Shown piece after piece: positions 61,510 to 64,000 of a stretch of DNA of 64,000 bases. The position numbers were made by a program, and so were the translations under genes. Each line of letters opens with the position of its first letter. Positions within the stretch are counted from its first letter, which is position 1. Source of the stretch: Macrostomum hystrix (Eukaryota > Animalia > Platyhelminthes); contig CATNEN010000039.1 in assembly GCA_950097015.1 (NCBI GenBank), positions 15,438,001 to 15,502,000 of the forward strand, read 5' to 3'. The notes under the pieces are model-generated. The model did not search any database. It was not told the DNA's origin and worked only from the letters and a program-made list of their open reading frames with translations.

Positions 61510-63701
61510 TCAATCGGAGTTGTCGACGAAGACCATTTTAGTCCTTTTTCGCTGCTCTCCGCGCTGCTCTCCGCAAGGACTCCCCGGCTCCACTCTGGCT
61601 CTGCTCCGATTCTGGTTTTCAGCGTTGGCTTGTTGATCCGCTTGATCCTGAGCCGGCTTGATTCGCTTTTTGGAATCTCGCAGAAAGTTCTCAACTGCTT
61701 TGTGAATGCCCGCAAAAGTTGCATCACCGTTGCCAAGGGCAGCGTCTATAAATCGGTATAAAGGGCACGACAATAATACTCTTATAAAGATTAAGAGCAA
61801 CCAGGAGATAATTACTCAAGAGCCGTGATAAAATACTTCCATTAGGAGCTCCTACACACGGCGAAAGTGAAGCAGTCTACCATTAGTTATATTTCGCAAT
61901 GCAACTTAGCAATGCACATTAATTTATGAAAATGGAAAAATCTAAGTTTCTCACCTATTACTAGGCCCTCTAAGAAAGCTGTAAATGCCAGCTTCTCGCC
62001 TCCGTCACAGCTTTTTGCCCTGCCATTAGCGTAGTCAGTTCCTGTCCTGTTGAAGCGCACCTGAAAGTTAGGGTGAAGCAGGACTCGGACGCAGTCTCGG
62101 ACATGCTGCTGCCAGTTATTGCTGCGCTGCTTCTTCAGGTAGGCAACCTGTAAATGTATTTATTAAGTTTCTTATTCAGGGACTATAAGACAAAAGGACG
62201 CTACACTACTAAATAGAATAGGGCGATTTAACACAAGTGAGATGGAAATTCCGCAGCTTCAGTTTAGTTAAAAAAATCACGTCAACGTCTTAACGATGGC
62301 GAGTTTTAGTTGTTAGCTCGTATTGATCCTAGCAACAGTGATAAAAAATTTCTATATGAAATATTAGCTTTTCAATTTCAGTGGAAAGTAATTCGACAAA
62401 ATATAACTCATAGCACTCATATGCGAATTTTTTTAACATCAGCTTATTCACTGCATTGGATCCGACCAGCTGGCCACGATGGAAAACAGAAAATACTCAC
62501 AACAGTCTTCCGAAAATCATCGTCTTTGATTTTTTGCTCGAAGTCTAGGTAATCTTCGAAGCTTTCAATTGGAAGACAGCTGATGACACCAGAGTCCTGG
62601 CTACGGTCATCCGGCAAAGAGTTGAGCTTTTCTGACAGTTTGGCCAGCTGGCGAATTATGATTGCATTTTGAAATACAATACCTGAAATATAAGAATGTA
62701 CATGCAACTAGAATTAAAAAATTACAGTAAGATTGCATTCCACATGACGTACATTCAATTGAATTTCTATTATTAGTATTCAGTCAACATACCCTGGACT
62801 GAAAATAGGTCGACATTTTCTAATGCAAAATTGGCCGCCATTTCAGACACGATTGATTTGACGCTTGTTTGGTATTGACCTCGAACATTTCTTACTAAAC
62901 TGCCGTTCGAAGACTGATACGCAGCAGAGCTTGTTAAAGTGCTGTCAACACCATTCGCACTATTTGTGGCAGTTTCCGAATTACGACTTACAGGTGTTGT
63001 AGCCGACGGATTCGCGTCAAAACGGGCGCCACTAGACCGTCTGCTGGGACCAGCACCGGAAGCAGATGAAAAGGGAGGCAGCGGGGGAGGTGGAGGCAGC
63101 TTTGGAGTCAAAGATACAGAAAATGCCAGTTGAGAAGATAAAGTATGATTCGGTCTCTCCGGTGAACGCACGCCCCGGCAATCGTTGCTTGCGTTTACTT
63201 CAGAATCTGTCTCTTCAGCTGATGTAGTATTGCCCGTCGGCATCCGCAGCAGTGACTGAGAAATATTAGAAGAATAAAAATTGTATTATGAGAAAAGGCA
63301 GGAAAAAAGCAGTCATTGACAGCAATTAAAAATCAAGACAATTGTAAACGTACGTGCATACTCGGCAAAGAAATCCGTTTGTCACTAGAAGGTCGCCGCG
63401 AGAATTGTTTTAGAAGTTGCTCGATTGTATAGTTATAGGGCGGCAGTTTAGCGTTAACACAGTGGTTCATAATTGTCTTTAGCAAATCTAGGTCTTTAGA
63501 AACGGCAATGACAATAGCGGAATACATGTCGCCATCATAGGAGACTCTAGTTTTAAGATCTTGGGTAGTTGTGCTATTTTCCGAAATAGAGTGGACAAGC
63601 GTATCAGTCAGTAGAGATTTGTCTTCTTCAGTTATGTAGAATGTTTTGTAGCAAAAAACACAAATTAGATATGATTTTAAATTTGTAAAAGCAAAAAGCA
63701 C
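61510..63701 (-). CDS. five-exon DUF4806/BEN-like accessory gene of element 8 (5' end unresolved)
   Basis: Phase-compatible GT-AG exons ?-63354, 63255-62793, 62682-62501, 62147-61955 and 61745-61510 give CLPIESFEDYLDFEQKIKDDDFRKTVVAYLKK..VRDCVRVLL..FNRTG..IHKAVENFLRDSKKR. Confidence 0.75.
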
Positions 63702-64000
63702 ATAAATATAGATATAAACATATTAATATGCAAATAAATTTCTAAATACTATAGGCCCTTAAAATGTTGCAATCCTTTATGCAATTGATTATATTAGGCT
63801 TATGGGCTATAACTAGCTAATGATTCATTAAATTTTGTCTCTAAATAATTACAATTATGTATCTAAATTTTATTTACTTATAAAATGGAGTACTTATTGA
63901 CATGGCCACTGTGCAGGCTCTCATTGTCACAGCTGCCGTGTCTCCAGTGTGGCCATAGTCAAGAAGGTGGCACAATGTGCACTGACAAATTTTTTGTCTC

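Overview
Eukaryotic (metazoan) genomic DNA with AT-rich spliceosomal introns; the species cannot be determined from the sequence. Bases 1.2-8.0 kb (+) hold one six-exon host gene. Its C-terminal half resembles the germline protein TOPAZ1 and its N-terminus is P/Q/G-rich with RGG motifs. The remaining ~55 kb is a nested transposon cluster: a solo LTR with target-site duplication (TSD), a Ty3/gypsy remnant, about eight CACTA/EnSpm-type elements with BEN/DUF4806-like accessory genes, a mariner fragment, a tandem block of RTE-like LINEs, a Merlin-like MITE and a Helitron. Most notable: (1) a LINE/SINE system with an HDV-like ribozyme fold at its 5' end, a non-canonical 2A-like motif (TIEKNPGP), a conserved 3' GNRA hairpin, and three insertions stacked at one 16-18 bp target; (2) a cold-shock domain between the Gag zinc knuckle and the protease of the gypsy element; (3) 15 of 16 orientable elements lie on the minus strand downstream of the TOPAZ1-like gene, the layout expected of a uni-strand piRNA cluster. 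All domain calls come from motif recognition by eye; no database search or folding program was run.
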